Source of the DNA: Rhodosorus marinus CCMP1338
Taxonomy: Eukaryota > Plantae > Rhodophyta
Direction of reading: 5' to 3'
Length of the DNA: 64,000 bases
Assembly: GCA_029953675.1 (NCBI GenBank)
Contig: JAMWBK010000005.1
Location: 1,612,001-1,676,000, forward strand
Notes under the pieces: model-generated
Seen by the model: only the letters and a program-made list of their open reading frames with translations
Database searches by the model: none
What the model was told of the DNA's origin: nothing
Translations under genes and position numbers: made by a program
In this document: positions 1 through 12,948 of the stretch, one piece after another
Position numbering within the stretch: position 1 is the first letter of the stretch
Layout of the letters: every line of letters starts with the position of its first letter

Positions 1-418
1 GTACACTGCCATCTGCTCGCTGGAAGGGAGCTTCAAGGTCCATGCTGATCGACTTCCTTAGGTTCTCTGCGAAGGCCGCGTTGAGCGTAAACGAGATGAC
101 ACTTCCGATAGCTTCCCTTTCCATGATCCTCAGATCGAGCAGCTGTGTGCTCGCGGTTTGGTACGATCTGTCCGACTCAAAAGACGCCCGAGCAACGTCG
201 TAGGGGATCGGACTCGAATCGGAGTTGGGCAGGTACAGCAACCGCATCAGCAGATGTCGACAAGCCGGCGGAATCGCTCTAAGCAAACCACAAACGGCAA
301 AACGAGATTTGTACAACAGCCTCAACTCCTTTGATTCCCATCCGAGCAGCTCCTCCACGATCGGACCGGGGAGTTGACCCCCACCTTCTCGGCTACCCCC
401 CCTGCTCTCGGATCCCAT
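1..418 (-). CDS. TFB2: TFIIH core subunit p52/Tfb2, N-terminal part (gene runs off the left edge)
   Basis: Manual translation of the minus strand from ATG at 418 is open to base 1, so it is missing from the ORF track: MGSESRGG...ELRLLYKSRFAVCGLLRAIPPACRHLLMRLLYL...FTLNAAFAENLRKSI. This matches the Tfb2/GTF2H4 N-terminal pattern LY.S...C..I.R.LPP.....MRLL...LN..F..NLR. Confidence 0.7.
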   Translation of the reverse strand, partial: MGSESRGGSREGGGQLPGPIVEELLGWESKELRLLYKSRFAVCGLLRAIPPACRHLLMRLLYLPNSDSSPIPYDVARASFESDRSYQTASTQLLDLRIMEREAIGSVISFTLNAAFAENLRKSISMDLEAPFQRADGSV

Positions 419-1026
419 CACATGAAAAAGACAAAAGGAAACGCACCGGTGTCGCCAGGAACTGAGCTCCCCGACTACTGCCCTAAGATATCAATCTATC
501 TCAATCTCCTCCCATACTTGTCAACCCCACCTGCGTTCTTTTCAAATGCCGTCGTCGGCAACCACCCCTGTTGACGGGACAAGCCGACGCCAACACGAGT
601 CTGCTCTTCCAGAACCTCGCACATTTCGTTACCGCGTCGAACTTCTAGTACGATAATAGTAAATACTAGCGTTTGTACTAATATGTAGTTCAGATTGCTC
701 GTCGCTGGAATAGATTGAATTTTGGTAAATTTGAAATTCGGCAGCTGTCCTTAAGTGAATCCCTCAAAATAATTTTATTATATGAATACATAGTTAGGGC
801 CTTTAATTTATTTCGGAATTATGATTTCAACGTTCACCAACACAGATTACTTAAATATTACGTAAAATCTATAATAGTGTATGGATTTCTGAGAAAAAGA
901 GTAGTGGAGAGTAATTTGTTAAGTAATTCATGGTCAAAATTGGCTTCGTTTGCTGTTCGTGGACGTGTAGTTGGCCACTTGCGGCGACGTTCAAGGAGCG
1001 AGAAGAAATCCGTTTAGACTTGGCAG

Positions 1027-1169
1027 GGTCGGAGCAATAAAAGCTTTCGTAACTTGGGAGGCTGAGTGAGGTGCGCTAGGTGAACTTTTCGCGGCAAACG
1101 GGGTTGGTAGTAGTACTGCCGGTGAGCGGAGTTCAAAGTACAATAAGAGCACCTCAGCACCGCTTTTTT
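1027..1169 (+). ncRNA. candidate structured small RNA (long hairpin followed by T6)
   Basis: Nested complementarity: tgaggtgc (1067-1074)/gcacctca (1149-1156), tgaactt/gagttca, ggca/tgcc, then TTTTTT at 1164-1169. Identity not established. Confidence 0.25.
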
Positions 1170-3086
1170 GGCGAGCGCTTTTCTTGGACTTCAGTTAAAT
1201 TCAAGCAACGAGTACACGCGTTTCGTAGCTTCTGGCGTGCTGGTTAAGGCCAATTGATGACTCCTCATTACAATTTCGCCAACTTTTTCCGGAGGCTGAG
1301 ATCGCGCCCGAGGAACGCAATCTGTAGATGAAAGAGGGGTAGTTTGTTCGCTGGAAACCTAAATTCCGGGAAAACAAATTGCTTAAGAAAATAGGATTCC
1401 TGCAACAGCCGCAGGAGCAGTCGGAGCTCCACGGCCGCGGGTAGTAGCCTCGTTCTACTCAGGTATTATCACAAAAGTGCGGTCAAAAGAAGAACGCCAA
1501 CATTCCGACGAATACTATACAACTTCCCACAGAGAGCTACTTAGGTCTAGACCACCAGGTCACCAGCATCACCCTGCATATATCCCCCTCCATCCCCTAC
1601 AAAAAATCAAAACCCTCGCACCGGATTTTTGCAAAGAGTAACCCACTGCGGCCACATTGAGAAGCCACAGTCCAGCAACCACATCTGAACAAACACGCAA
1701 TCGTCCTTGTCCATTTAACGCTATTAGAATCTGAGCCAAATGTACGACGACCAACCCCCAGGGGTGCGAAGTCCTTCCCATTATTCACAAAAAAACAAAA
1801 AAACTTCGCCCCTGTGCTAGGTTCCAAGCTTGTTTTTGATAAGAATTTAACCCCTTCCGTATCGATGAATGGAAATTCTCGAATGAACTTGGATATCCCC
1901 ACCCTCACCCCATAAAAAAAAAAGCAAAATGTGGAACCTACTCAGATATCTACACTCTCCGTAACTGATTAGTAGACTACTCAGGGTTTCTTATTGCAAA
2001 AAAACAAATACGACGACAGAAAAGAAACGCGGAGAAGGACGAGGTGCTGACACATCATATCCGAGGGCATATTTGAAATCAAAATCAACTGAAAATTTTG
2101 GAAGAAGTAGTCCAGCAAATGGGAGTGTCGCGCGCAATCGCCGCCCCAACATTTACTTTCGTTTTGAGCCAAACGATTAGCTGGGTTTTGATTGAACATA
2201 TTTAAAATATAGTAAAATTATATTTTACGGCCAATAGATAACGCTCAAGAATATTTAACCCAACGAAGAACAGTTTAACGGGAAAAATGATTGAATACTT
2301 GTTTTCTTAGCTGTAGTTGGTTATATTGGGTGGTTATTGATTGAGACTTTGGCGAATGAGAACGACGATGATCCTATCCTCGCGGAATGAATTCGTTTTC
2401 TCAGTTAGCTCTCGGAAAGTGAATGCACTTGTGGTGCAACGACGATTCTCCTCTGAGCTCGACAGGATGTTTTGATACTTCCGCGTTCCCAGGGCCTTCC
2501 CCTCGTATGGATGGTCAGCCCAGGAGGGGGCGTTCCGAGCAAGGCGACAATGCAAGTGAGTCCTCTTGGCCTCTGTCCTTCCCCCCCTCCACCGCCCTCG
2601 CCCATCTCGCATTCACATAGATACATCTGTCCGCAGTTTCAGGGTGACCAACAACCGGGGCGTCCTCTTACCGCAGTTCCCGAGTCCTCGGATGAGATCT
2701 TCGAGCAAGGAGATAGTGGCGCGACGGCTTAGGACCTTCGCGCATAGCAAGTTGAAGCTTCTATACAAGTGCTATTGCGGTAGATGCCGCTCTCAGCGCC
2801 TTAGACGAAACGACGAGGTACGGGAATTTTCTCGAAGAAAAATTCCTCTTAAAATAGTAGTAATAAACAATTGTTTGTTTTAGCGGCGAAGGGTTTTAGT
2901 ACAGGCGACAACGTCGGGGCTTTTGAATATGAGGGAACGGCCGGTTGAGAGCGAGGGGAGTTTGGTGTAGAAGATCTAGGTTCTAATATGAGGGCCCGAG
3001 AGCGAGGAAGTCTGTTAGAACGGAACTTGTGAAGAGGAGGATTTGTCTTAGACGTGCCTGAGGTTGGGGCTAGGTTGAAACCGGAT

Positions 3087-6000
3087 ATGGACCGAGGGCA
3101 GATTGCCCATATGACGGCGTTGTTGATGAAGTCAGCTTCTTCGTTGCCGTTAACACCGCGCGGCTCGATGTCGCTAATGAATTCAGAGGATACCTCATCG
3201 ACGGAAACGGAAGAGTGCTGTTCGCAGCTTTCCGCGCAAAAGGTTTGCAACTCCCGTTCATCCAAAACTGGGGTCCTCGGAAGCGAAACTTCATGGTGTT
3301 CAAAGCTCTCTCGAGTCACTGAAGGTTGCTCCATCTCTGTAATCTTTGTTCAGAGGGTTCAGGACCGAAACTACTTAAAGGGGGGTACAGCAGCGGCTGA
3401 GGATAGTACGGAGGCTCGACTTGCATCCGCGAACCGCACCACGACGGCACGAACCATCGCTGCTAAAGGTTCACACGCTGCAGCGGTGGCTGTAAAGCTA
3501 GAACCGCAAGTTGATGAGACAATTACCCCTCCAGCAGACGCTTCGTCAGCTCTGTTCCCAAAGGCCTGTGAGTATTGTGGGGTTTTACCATCTTCGTACG
3601 GAAAGTCGAAAAGATTCTGTTCCTCTAGTTGTGCCCACTCGTACTCAGCGAATGTGGGCAAGGCTTCTCGATTGGGCTTGGTGCCGTCAGGTATTGCATT
3701 TTTCAAATCGACCTCTCGAGACTTGCAACTAATTCCGCCGCTGAGATATATGCTTTGGTGAAGCGACAGGGTCCAAGAAGAAGAGACAGAAGAAACCGAA
3801 TTCCCCTCAAAATTGTGAAGTATGCGGAAAAGCGACGAACATGTTTTCGTCCTCTGGAAGGTTCTGTTCATCGTCCTGTTCACACAAGTATTCCGGCAGC
3901 TTCTCTGCGCGGAAATCAATAGCAAAGAAGTATGCCCCTAGCCGTTGCTTTGTCCTCTCCGTGACCGACACTCTTCGTCTAACGCCTTGCTGTACTTCTG
4001 TTCCAAACGTTTCAGAAAATTACGGAAGCCATCCAGTCCCGCAGAAAATGCGGAGGAGAAAAGCGCTGGTGCAGACACTAGACCATCTGTACCTGGTCCA
4101 CAGCCAAACCCGGTGGCAGCTACTCTGTCCTCTCCCCCGCCCCTGTCTGCTGCCCCTTCTTCTTTGGCAGCTGAGCCACCTGCTCTACCTCAGCGCGGGC
4201 CAAATAAGACTCTCAAACGCAAGGGCGTTTCGACTCAAAAGACGAGGTTGGTGGCTACTCTAGATCCTGAGCGGGACTCGAATCTGGAAGCCCGGTAAGG
4301 CGAACACTCGTTTGGACATGGATTTCGATTCACACTTGTATAAGGGGAGCCAACCAACTTAGTTCATTCTTCTTTTCAACTTTGTGATTGTCTTGGCAGG
4401 GAAAACTATTGCGAACTGAGAGCAGACTATATGTACCCATTCGCGGAAGCTGATGTGAAACTCTCAGCCCTTGAGAATGAATCTTGTGTGACTTGTGGCT
4501 CAGGGGGGACTTTACTTGTGTGTAGCCGATGCCCGAGAGCAGTTCATTTGCCTTGCGTCGATCCACCGTTATATACGGTACCTGACGGTGACTGGTATTG
4601 CCGGTCGTGTTCAGCTCCGCAGACGTCCAAGGAGCAGTCGGAAGGTGATCTACCCCAGCAGTTTTATTGCCCCTTTTTGCCTTCCTTGTTGTGCAGTTTC
4701 TTTCACAAGATTACGGTGTCCTGATTAACGAAGACCGTTACGCTTTCCCCATCAGGTCAACTCTTTGACGAGCTGATTCAGGCAGCTGCTCAGCGCAATC
4801 CACTTTGCATGGCTCTGGACGCTGATCGCCATACGGACTACACTGAGAAGCACGAAGGGGACTGGTTTCGCTGCGATGCATGCCGATCGTGGAGACCAGT
4901 TGATTCCAACATCCTCAGCGAGATGTTGGAAACCGGCCTCGAGTGCAATGATATGTTTTGGCTGAGCGCATGCGTTGAACAAGGCTGTGAGGCAGGAAGC
5001 AGCCGTTCTGCTGCAAAGTTCGCGAGAAGGAGCAGGAAGAGATACCGCGATGAACTGATGAGGGAGTTCGGGGCGGATGTACGTTTCAATATATATTTAT
5101 ATTGATTTTGCGCCCAAGAGATCTTTGAGCTGACTATGCTCGATTCGTCGCTCTGCCGTTAGGATTATGCATTGTTTAGGGAACAGGAGAAACCCCACAT
5201 TGCTCAAGTGCCAGTACCGACGCATGTTGAGTTGCCGCTTAAGAAATCTCCCGAAAAAGTGCAGACTGAGAAGACACCGGAGAGTTTGTTTCGTACCGAA
5301 GGATATCGTGCATCGCAAGTTTCTTCGGAAACTGTGGGAGCGGAGAAGATACTTGGGACTTCAAGCCATGTGGAAGTACAGGCTGCAACTACGGGAGGTT
5401 CCGAAACAGGTCAACCGAAGAAGTTACGATCTGATCCAATTTTCGCAATAGCGCCTGCGACTAAGAGTAGTTCGGAAACCGTCCAACCAAGAAAGCTACG
5501 ATCTGATTTAAGTTCGGTCGTATCTTCTTCAACGAAGACTTCCCCGGAGACAAAGCAACCGACAGATTCAACTGCTGTCGGAATGCGCTCTGCTACGGAC
5601 ACCTTGTCGGAATCAGTGCAAAAAGGACAGAGTTTCAAGAGCAAGATCAAAAATGCAAATCCGGAGACCACTGGACAGAGAACCGATCACTCTCCGGCGC
5701 CTAAAGCCCTCCAATGGTTGCCACCTGGAATTTCTGGTGTGTCTAGTGGACCACCACTACTACCTGAGGGAGTGGTCGGCGTGCTACCGTCCGAAACGCC
5801 GACACATCAATTCAATACTGACGGTGCTCAGAGCCCTGCTTCCCGGCAACCGGCAGTGAAGATTACCCAGGTTCAAGAGTCAGCAGGCCAACCGCAGATG
5901 CAAGCTGGGAAAATGGCATTTCCCGCCGTAAAACCGTGCTCAGAGGTCGCGAAGGCTTCAACCATCACTCCCGTGCAGAGCTCGACTACGGGATCGCAGA

Positions 6001-7577
6001 ACATCGCGTTGGCCGCCTCTGGTAGCGACGTGGTTGATGCAAAGCAAGCGGAAGATAATGCGACGCAGGACGCGATGGGAGCGCAGCGCACCACGAACCC
6101 CGGTGGGAAAGGACCTGGGATTTCAAGACGTTCAAGTACGACCTCAACTTTTAGCTCCCCAAAAGTTGGGCCTGAGCAAGCTCAAGCGTCCGCCATCCCC
6201 AAGACGGTATCCTCTCCGTCGGCAGCTAATACGCCGGGGGAAAAGAGCTTATGCCCGCTTAATCGAAACAAGGACGAGAAGCAAACCCCGAGCTCAGTTG
6301 GGGGCCCTCAATCGCTTGGAGCACCTGAACCGACCAACCCAAAACCAACCCCGGCAAGGCTTGAGAGTGAAAACCCGGTTGCGAGTGTGCGAGTGACATC
6401 TCATCCTTTCACACTCGCTCCCCGTAACCCAGCGACTACGGCGTCGAAACAGAATAGTGGAACAGAAAAGCCACATGCAGGTTTGAGCTTGACGGAAGAG
6501 CAGTCGAAGAGACTGGTGCTTACAATATCCAGAGCGGCTCCCATTGCTGAGCAAGTCTCCGGCTTCGTTCGACCTGCATCCTTAGCCTCGCAGATTGCTC
6601 CAGTGCATTCTCGTGGGGATGGACAAGCTGGCGACGCCCAGAAGCGAGTTCGGGGACAGACGAATGCTCTCCACCGCTTGCCCCATGAAAATGGTAGCAG
6701 GCCAGTTGCTGGCCTTCAAGCACCAGACCAGTGTTCAGCGTGGAAGAAACCTTCCTCCAGTGAGTCTCGCGGAGGTAGTGAGAAGGAACCTCACGAGCAG
6801 CATGAGATGTCAAAGAAGGTGCCTGAAAATCAGCTGGAGAAGTACCAACCAGCGCAAACAGCGTGGAGGAGACCGTCATCCAGTGAATCGCGGGTAGGTA
6901 GTCACAAGAACACGCGCAAGCAGCTTGAGGTGTCACAGAAAGTACTTCAAGCCCAGCGGAAAACCTACCCCGACAATGCCGTCAATTTAGTTGGGCGTGG
7001 CCATGGACAAACGCAGGCCGCAATGCTCGCCCCAAGCACAAACGCCCTGGGCGAGATTCACATACTTGATTCCGCACCAGTGGAACATCCTATCGATGTT
7101 AGTCCCTCATATGGAAACGCGCACTCTGCTCCGCTCACGAGACAGACTGGCCCGGAGATTCAGAATTCAATGGTTACACGGGATTCTGGGGACGATTCAT
7201 ATGAAAGAGGCCAGGTAGGGAGACCACGAACGGAATTCGCAAACCAGCACACACTGAACGATAAGATCACCTTTTTTGCTGTACAATTCCTAGATATTGA
7301 AAGGGATATCATCTATGGGCATTGAAGACGAAGATGTAGAGGACGAACTTGTTGCGCTTGTGATGGACGGCAACAAGTAAGTGCAAAGCGCTTCCTCTTT
7401 TCGGGGCACCCGTGATCTGGCTGCTTTTCTGTGGGCACTGACCATTAGTTGCATTTTTTTGTCCCTGGATTGTTTAGGGAGCTGAAGGCATTGTACTACG
7501 GATTCTCTCACCGACCAAGCAAGTTTCTCCGACACGCAGAGCGCTTCCTAGCACGTCGACGCTCGTCTGATCCATAA
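3087..7577 (+). CDS. multi-exon chromatin-reader-like protein: two FCS zinc fingers, PHD finger, CW-type zinc finger, long low-complexity region
   Basis: CEYCG..SKRFCSSSCAHSY (~3565-3650) and CEVCG..SGRFCSSSCSHKY (~3817-3900). PHD CVTCGSGGTLLVCSRCPRAVHLPCVDPPL..VPDGDWYCRSC (~4480-4612). CW-like WFRCDACRSWR...LEC (~4860-4990). ORF 5172-7325 is Ser/Pro/Gln-rich. The last two small exons were joined by eye through GT-AG introns, ending ...FLARRRSSDP*. Confidence 0.7.
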
Positions 7578-8688
7578 AATCGGCGCTGATTCGCACACGC
7601 TGTACTCTGCTGAGACGTATCAGTTCGCTTGTCCATCCGCGCGCCTACTTTATCACCCCGTGGAGGATCTATCAGCCACGCTTATTTATCCACCACTCTT
7701 TATTGATGAATAGACTAGTTCCTCCCTAGTTTGCTATGCTCCTCTTCGCCGTGGACGCCTGCACAGTTCTGCTTGTACATAAATGAAAGTTTTGGTTTTT
7801 CGTCGTATAGCTCTACATGTGATTTCGTTCCGGCGTCCTAGCTCCTGGTCAGTCGAATGCTGCTTTTCCTTCTGTTCTTGCGCTCGACCACATGATTTAT
7901 CAAATCTCGTTAGTGCTCTGTTGAACCACTTTGCGCGGTGGAACGACGTCGTCAAGAACGAGCTTCTTCATTGACCACCCAATGCACCCCGTCAAAAGCT
8001 TCTAGGCTGTGACCGTCGACCAGGACGCGTTTGCTTGCGGTAGTGCATAGGTATTTTAGTCGCATGCATTCATCCAACAGGGAGGTGATGACGAACCCCG
8101 TTTTGGCTATCAAATGCTGGGGATATACAAACTGCCTTGATCTCCTAGATTTCGTGTCGGTTGCTGATCGTAGCAGATACAAACCCAAGTCACATCCGGC
8201 CGTAAAAAAAAACCCAAACCAACGGTGTGGTCTTGCTTCCCAAGGCGTCTTACGCGAGAATCGTCACCTCTAATAATCATATCCGAGGCATTATGCGGGA
8301 CGTCGGACGTGCTGAGCCACCTTGCGTCTCCCTCCCAACGCGTTGGTTGACTACGGGCGGAGCCAACCACACCTCCCCGATGAAGATCACGGCCAATGCT
8401 CAGTGAACGAGCAAGCTACCGACTGGTTTTACTGCATCTGGGTTTCTCCTGGGAGAGAATCCATACGGTTTTTGTAGACGCGTTTTGCTCGCAGGTTTTC
8501 TTGTTCTGTTCAAGTCGTGATTTTCTGCCGCTTGAAAGACGACAAATTACTCATCACTGTCACGCCCACGTCGTTTTCGCTCAATGACAAGGAGTTTTCA
8601 AACCTGCACATGTACAACGTCGCAACAAGATACTTGAGATTAATTCCGGGCAACCCTTTTCGCGGTCGTCGTCAATTTGCAAATGCTC

Positions 8689-9508
8689 TCACCTCTTCGT
8701 ATGTTCAGGACAAACCTTCCATTTCCTCACGACGCCTGGAGTAATAACCGGGTCCAACATAAAGTATCTGTTCAATTGCAGGACGCGCCGAACGCCGCTG
8801 ACGAGGCTTGTCTTGGTACGGTAGGGATTTTTCGGGTTTTGGAAAATTCTGTTCCAAATGGTTGAGGTGATCTCGTCTACGGTCTTCTTTCCATCCTCTC
8901 CCCCGCCTGAAAGCGCTTCGCCAACCCTGTCGACAATGTTGATTTCTCTTGTTGGAAGTTTCTGCTTATGTTTCCTTCTATGAACTTCAGTAGTTGAGGC
9001 GGATGGTAAACTAAAGGTCATAACAATCGGACGCTGGCTTCCCATGATAATTTCAACTTGGGAACGAAGTAGTGCTGGTCTGTTGTGCCTCGTTATATAC
9101 CTGACGAGGACGAAGCAGACGGAAACGAACAAAACAGAAATTCTCAGCTGCAGTCGGAAAAACTCTCGTCTTGCCTCGGGAAAACACTAAGTGTTGAATT
9201 GCTCATGCTCACCTTCCGTTTACATAAATACCGTTCTTCCCTAACGCTTCGATCTCAAAAGCCTGCTCCACGACGGAATAGCTTATTCTCGCGTGCATCC
9301 TGCTAATCACAGAGTCCGTGGAAACAAGAAAATCCGCGGTTTGCTCCCTACTCGTTACCCGCCCGAGCGTCGCGGAAAACTTTGTCACATAGAAAACGCA
9401 ATGCTCCCCGACGAGCTTTGCGAGCAGAGGCCATCGATCGTTTTCTACCCACGTCGACGAAGACATCACACCTTCGTCCTTCGAATCCGCCTTTCCTCTC
9501 TTTTCCAT
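8689..9508 (-). CDS. FHA-domain protein with C-terminal forkhead-like winged helix
   Basis: Exon 1: LAKLVGEHCVFYVTKFSATLGR...SRMHARI...FEIEALGKNGIYVNG (FHA motifs GR, SRxH, NG). A GT-AG intron (~9212-9103) joins it to exon 2, which ends TVDEITSTIW...SGVRRVLQLNRYF...PGVVRKWKV. Confidence 0.7.
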
Positions 9509-10617
9509 TCCTCCTACAAGCACCGTCCTCAACACCCACCCAGTCGCTCAACAGTATCACCTCCGTCTCCCCCTACCTCTCCACGTCTTCCTCAGATGAT
9601 CATCACGCCGGTACTCACTTGATATACCTACGCAACAAACGCTCTCCTGACCGCTGTGAACATGAGCATTACGATTAAGAAGTCGAAGTCGCCCTCGTCC
9701 ATTTTTTTTCCCCCCTTCGTTCAACTCTTGAACAACATTCTCACCACCGTCCTCGAGCTTCCACAAGCTCTTCGCCGCTTACAAGTCTACCAAAAAGTCA
9801 GCAGCGTTAAACCTTTTTTTGGCTAGTTCCTCTCTACTTTCGTCGTCTGCTTTTACAGAAAAACTCACCCTCCTTCGTCGAACTGTCAAGTACAATTCCC
9901 GCGCCCTCCTCTCCAAACTCCGAGGAACTTATTCATAAACGAAATTGTCACTAAAATCGCGGGGGGTTTTTTTGAGCGAAACGGCGTTGATTTCGTATAG
10001 TGACGATGGAATACGGGTTTTTTTTCTGGTCTTCAGCTTCCTTCGCCGCACATTGTTCGTCTTCTTCAAGGAGTTTGTGGTGAGGGGAAGGAGGCAAGGG
10101 TTCCATCAACGTCAAAAAGAGGAGAGCAAAAATTGCTGGTTTCGCGAAATTGGAGGGTAGACGGTGGGGCAGGAGGGGGGTTTTAGCTTTGTTTTGGGGA
10201 AGTTCTGTGATCCCTTATGTTCGTGTCGTGGTTAGCTTGAGCCGTGCTGCAAGGAGTTGTTATTTTCTGTTGTTTTTGTTTTTGTCCTACTTGGCAAGGC
10301 GCTTGGCGCTTGTGTGTGAGCTTCTGCAGGAACGTTCCGTATGGGTTGCTGTTTTTGAAGTGAGGAAACCAACCGTTTTGTCATTGATCCATGGGGAAGT
10401 GGACTTGCATGGCTATGGATGTCCGCTGATCATGGCAACGTTCATCCGTGTTTTGACTTGTTACTTAAGCGCCTGATGGATGAAAGCACGTGGTGATTAG
10501 TCTGGTTCGGTTCAGTTCATTTCCACAGTTCTGCCGGTGTTTAAGGTTGGATCAGGTGGTTTTCGTGCTCTTGGCCGGACGGAAGGGTTGAGCTTGGCGT
10601 GTTTTTGATCCAATCCC

Positions 10618-11563
10618 ATGGAAGTTGTTGAGGTTGGTGTAAAGCACGATCGTGAAGGGTTTGTAAAGGGCGATGATTCTTTGCTCGGCCATGGAGCTGA
10701 AGGAGTGAGTAACTGCGTAGTCAAAGATAGACGGATCGTTTTTGCCGCTTTCATGCTCATTCCCTGGTGAATGTCGTTTCTTGTGGAATCTCACCAGGTC
10801 GTCAAACGGGTCAAGTTCCTCGGACGGGATGCGGTGGTGAAAGAGCGGTTCAGCAAGGATTATCGTCATCCGATTCTTGACCGGTTGTTAACCTCGAGAA
10901 GGCTTGCACAGGTACTAAACCATTAATGCGCTTGTCCCTATCCTGATTTGCTCACGGCCAGTCCGGGTTGTACTCGCTTAGGAAGTCAAAACTATGGCCC
11001 GGTGCCGAAAACTCGGCATAGCTTGCCCTGCCCTGTATTACGTAGACATGGACTCGGCGAAGGTCTATATGGAATATTTGCATTCCGCGAAGACTTTGAA
11101 GGATTGCCTGAGTGAACCCTTATCGTCCTTGCAACCGATATGCGCTAAAGTAGGCGCCCTTGTTGGTAATCTACATGCTGGAGACATTGTACATGGTGAG
11201 CACTCCAAGGAGCAGAGATCAAGCTTTTCGCGTAGTACGGAACGAATCTGGAGTCCAGCCCATGTAACAATTTCAATGCATTGATTAGGTGACTTGACCA
11301 CGTCAAACCTGATGATGCGAACTGACGGCTCGCTGGCTATCATTGACTTTGGCTTGAGTTATTTGAGTTCTGCCGAAGAGGACAAGGCGGTGGACTTGTA
11401 TGTGCTGGAGAGAGCAATCAGCAACGTGCACTGTGAAGTCGCCGAGAAAGTGAACGCGCTCATTTTGGAGAGCTATCGCCAAGCGTTTGGTTCAGCCAAG
11501 CAGGTGCTTCGACGTCTACAGGAGGTTCGCAGTCGCGGTAGGAAGCGTCTCATGGTCGGCTGA
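10618..11563 (+). CDS. BUD32: KEOPS complex kinase Bud32/TP53RK (4 exons)
   Basis: Motifs GHGAEG, VVKERFSKDYRHPILD, EVKTMARCRKLGI, IVHGDLTTSN, IDFGL, EDKAVDLYVLERA and the C-terminal VRSRGRKRLMVG are diagnostic. Confidence 0.93.
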
Positions 11564-11680
11564 CACCCGTGTCAAAGAGAGCCCCAATTCCGAGGCAGAA
11601 GAGTTTTGAGAAAGAACCCATTGAAGGCGACTAGATGTATATACACACTCCAATCCTGCATAGGCCTAAGGAGAGAGGTA

Positions 11681-12716
11681 TCACTTCGGCATGACTACCG
11701 TTAGAACAGAGCTCAATCTCACGGCGACCTGCTTGATCCACGCACGATCCTTCTGGTCGAACGCTGCAGTGGACGTAGATGCGTCACCAGCTACGACAAG
11801 AACACCCTTCCCGCTCACCAAAGGTACTACTGAAGCTGAGACGCGATCAGAGTTCAGAAACGGGAATCCCACATCCGGTGGCAAAGTACTGGAATCATCT
11901 ATAAAGATCTCCTTGTTCTCTGCGGAAACTCTACGCACGACTTCGCCCACGTCGTCTCCATGCGTATCGCCAAAGTGAAACCTCAGCGCTAGTTTCGGAG
12001 CGACAACGAATTCAGCGATCGCTAGTTATCCTCTCCGCACGTGTCATAGCTTTACATCTTACCGTCACCGACAGCCACAGCGATCGAAGAAGCGTTGGTC
12101 AGATCAAGTAGGACTGTCTTAGCCCACTCCACCTCATCAACAAGTTTCGGGTCCTCCAAACTTGATGGACTAGAGGAAACGACCACGGAAGCACCTGTTT
12201 GCTCCTTATCGACGGACGTTGCCGCAGCCTTAATTGCCGCTTCTTCATCAGCTTCACTCCATGCCGTATAGGCGGCGCTAGCAATCACCCCAGTCGCTGA
12301 TAAACCCGCAATTAGTTCTGAAATAATGAAATCTCTCGGAAGATTCTGAGGGTAACGTGGAGAATGCACTCTCGTTAGACCACAAAGAAAGCAAGCAATT
12401 CTGAAAAGATCTAAGCCGTTGGAACAACCGTTGGTCCACTAAGGTGAGGAACAGGCAAGAAGAAAAAACCAACCTGACCCGCTGATATATGATTCGCGGT
12501 AAGCAGAGCTATCAACAGCGATCCAACCGAAGCCCTGAGTCGCCATCCCCGTAATCCAGGGACGTAAAACCCGCCGCCTTTCTCTATCGCCTTACTAGGC
12601 CGTTTGTAGAAGCCTTGCTTAACGGCCCCAGGATTCTTCCTCCCATCACGCGCCGAACAAACCGTCAAGCTCCTCCTCACGGAACTCAGCAAAGCCACGT
12701 TCTGAAAGGCATACAT
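11681..12716 (-). CDS. plastid CCB2/CCB4-family protein (cytochrome b6f heme ci assembly), multi-exon
   Basis: Transit-peptide-like start MYAFQNV..., then SKAIEKGGGFYVPGLRG and a hydrophobic segment. The C-terminus VLVVAGD...FDQKDRAWIKQVAVRL resembles the DUF2930/CCB2_CCB4 family end (recalled, not searched). Confidence 0.6.
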
Positions 12717-12948
12717 ATTTGCTGATCGGATATTATGCCACAAGTTTTCCACTCTGATGAAAACTAGCCCTTTTACAAAGCGAAACGATCTCCCTTCCTA
12801 AGTATCCCAAGTGACAGCGTCAAGCACCCCACACATTCAACATGCCCTTCTCTGAACAAGGCAAGCGATGCTATCATTCTCCGAGGACAACTGTGAAGGA
12901 ACTGGAACGACAACGAATCAATTTTTTTGATGTCACTGTTCGAGTTGG

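Noticed and set aside
7735-8690. Possible small + strand gene convergent with the FHA gene
   Set aside because: Only short ORFs without recognisable motifs; cannot be supported.
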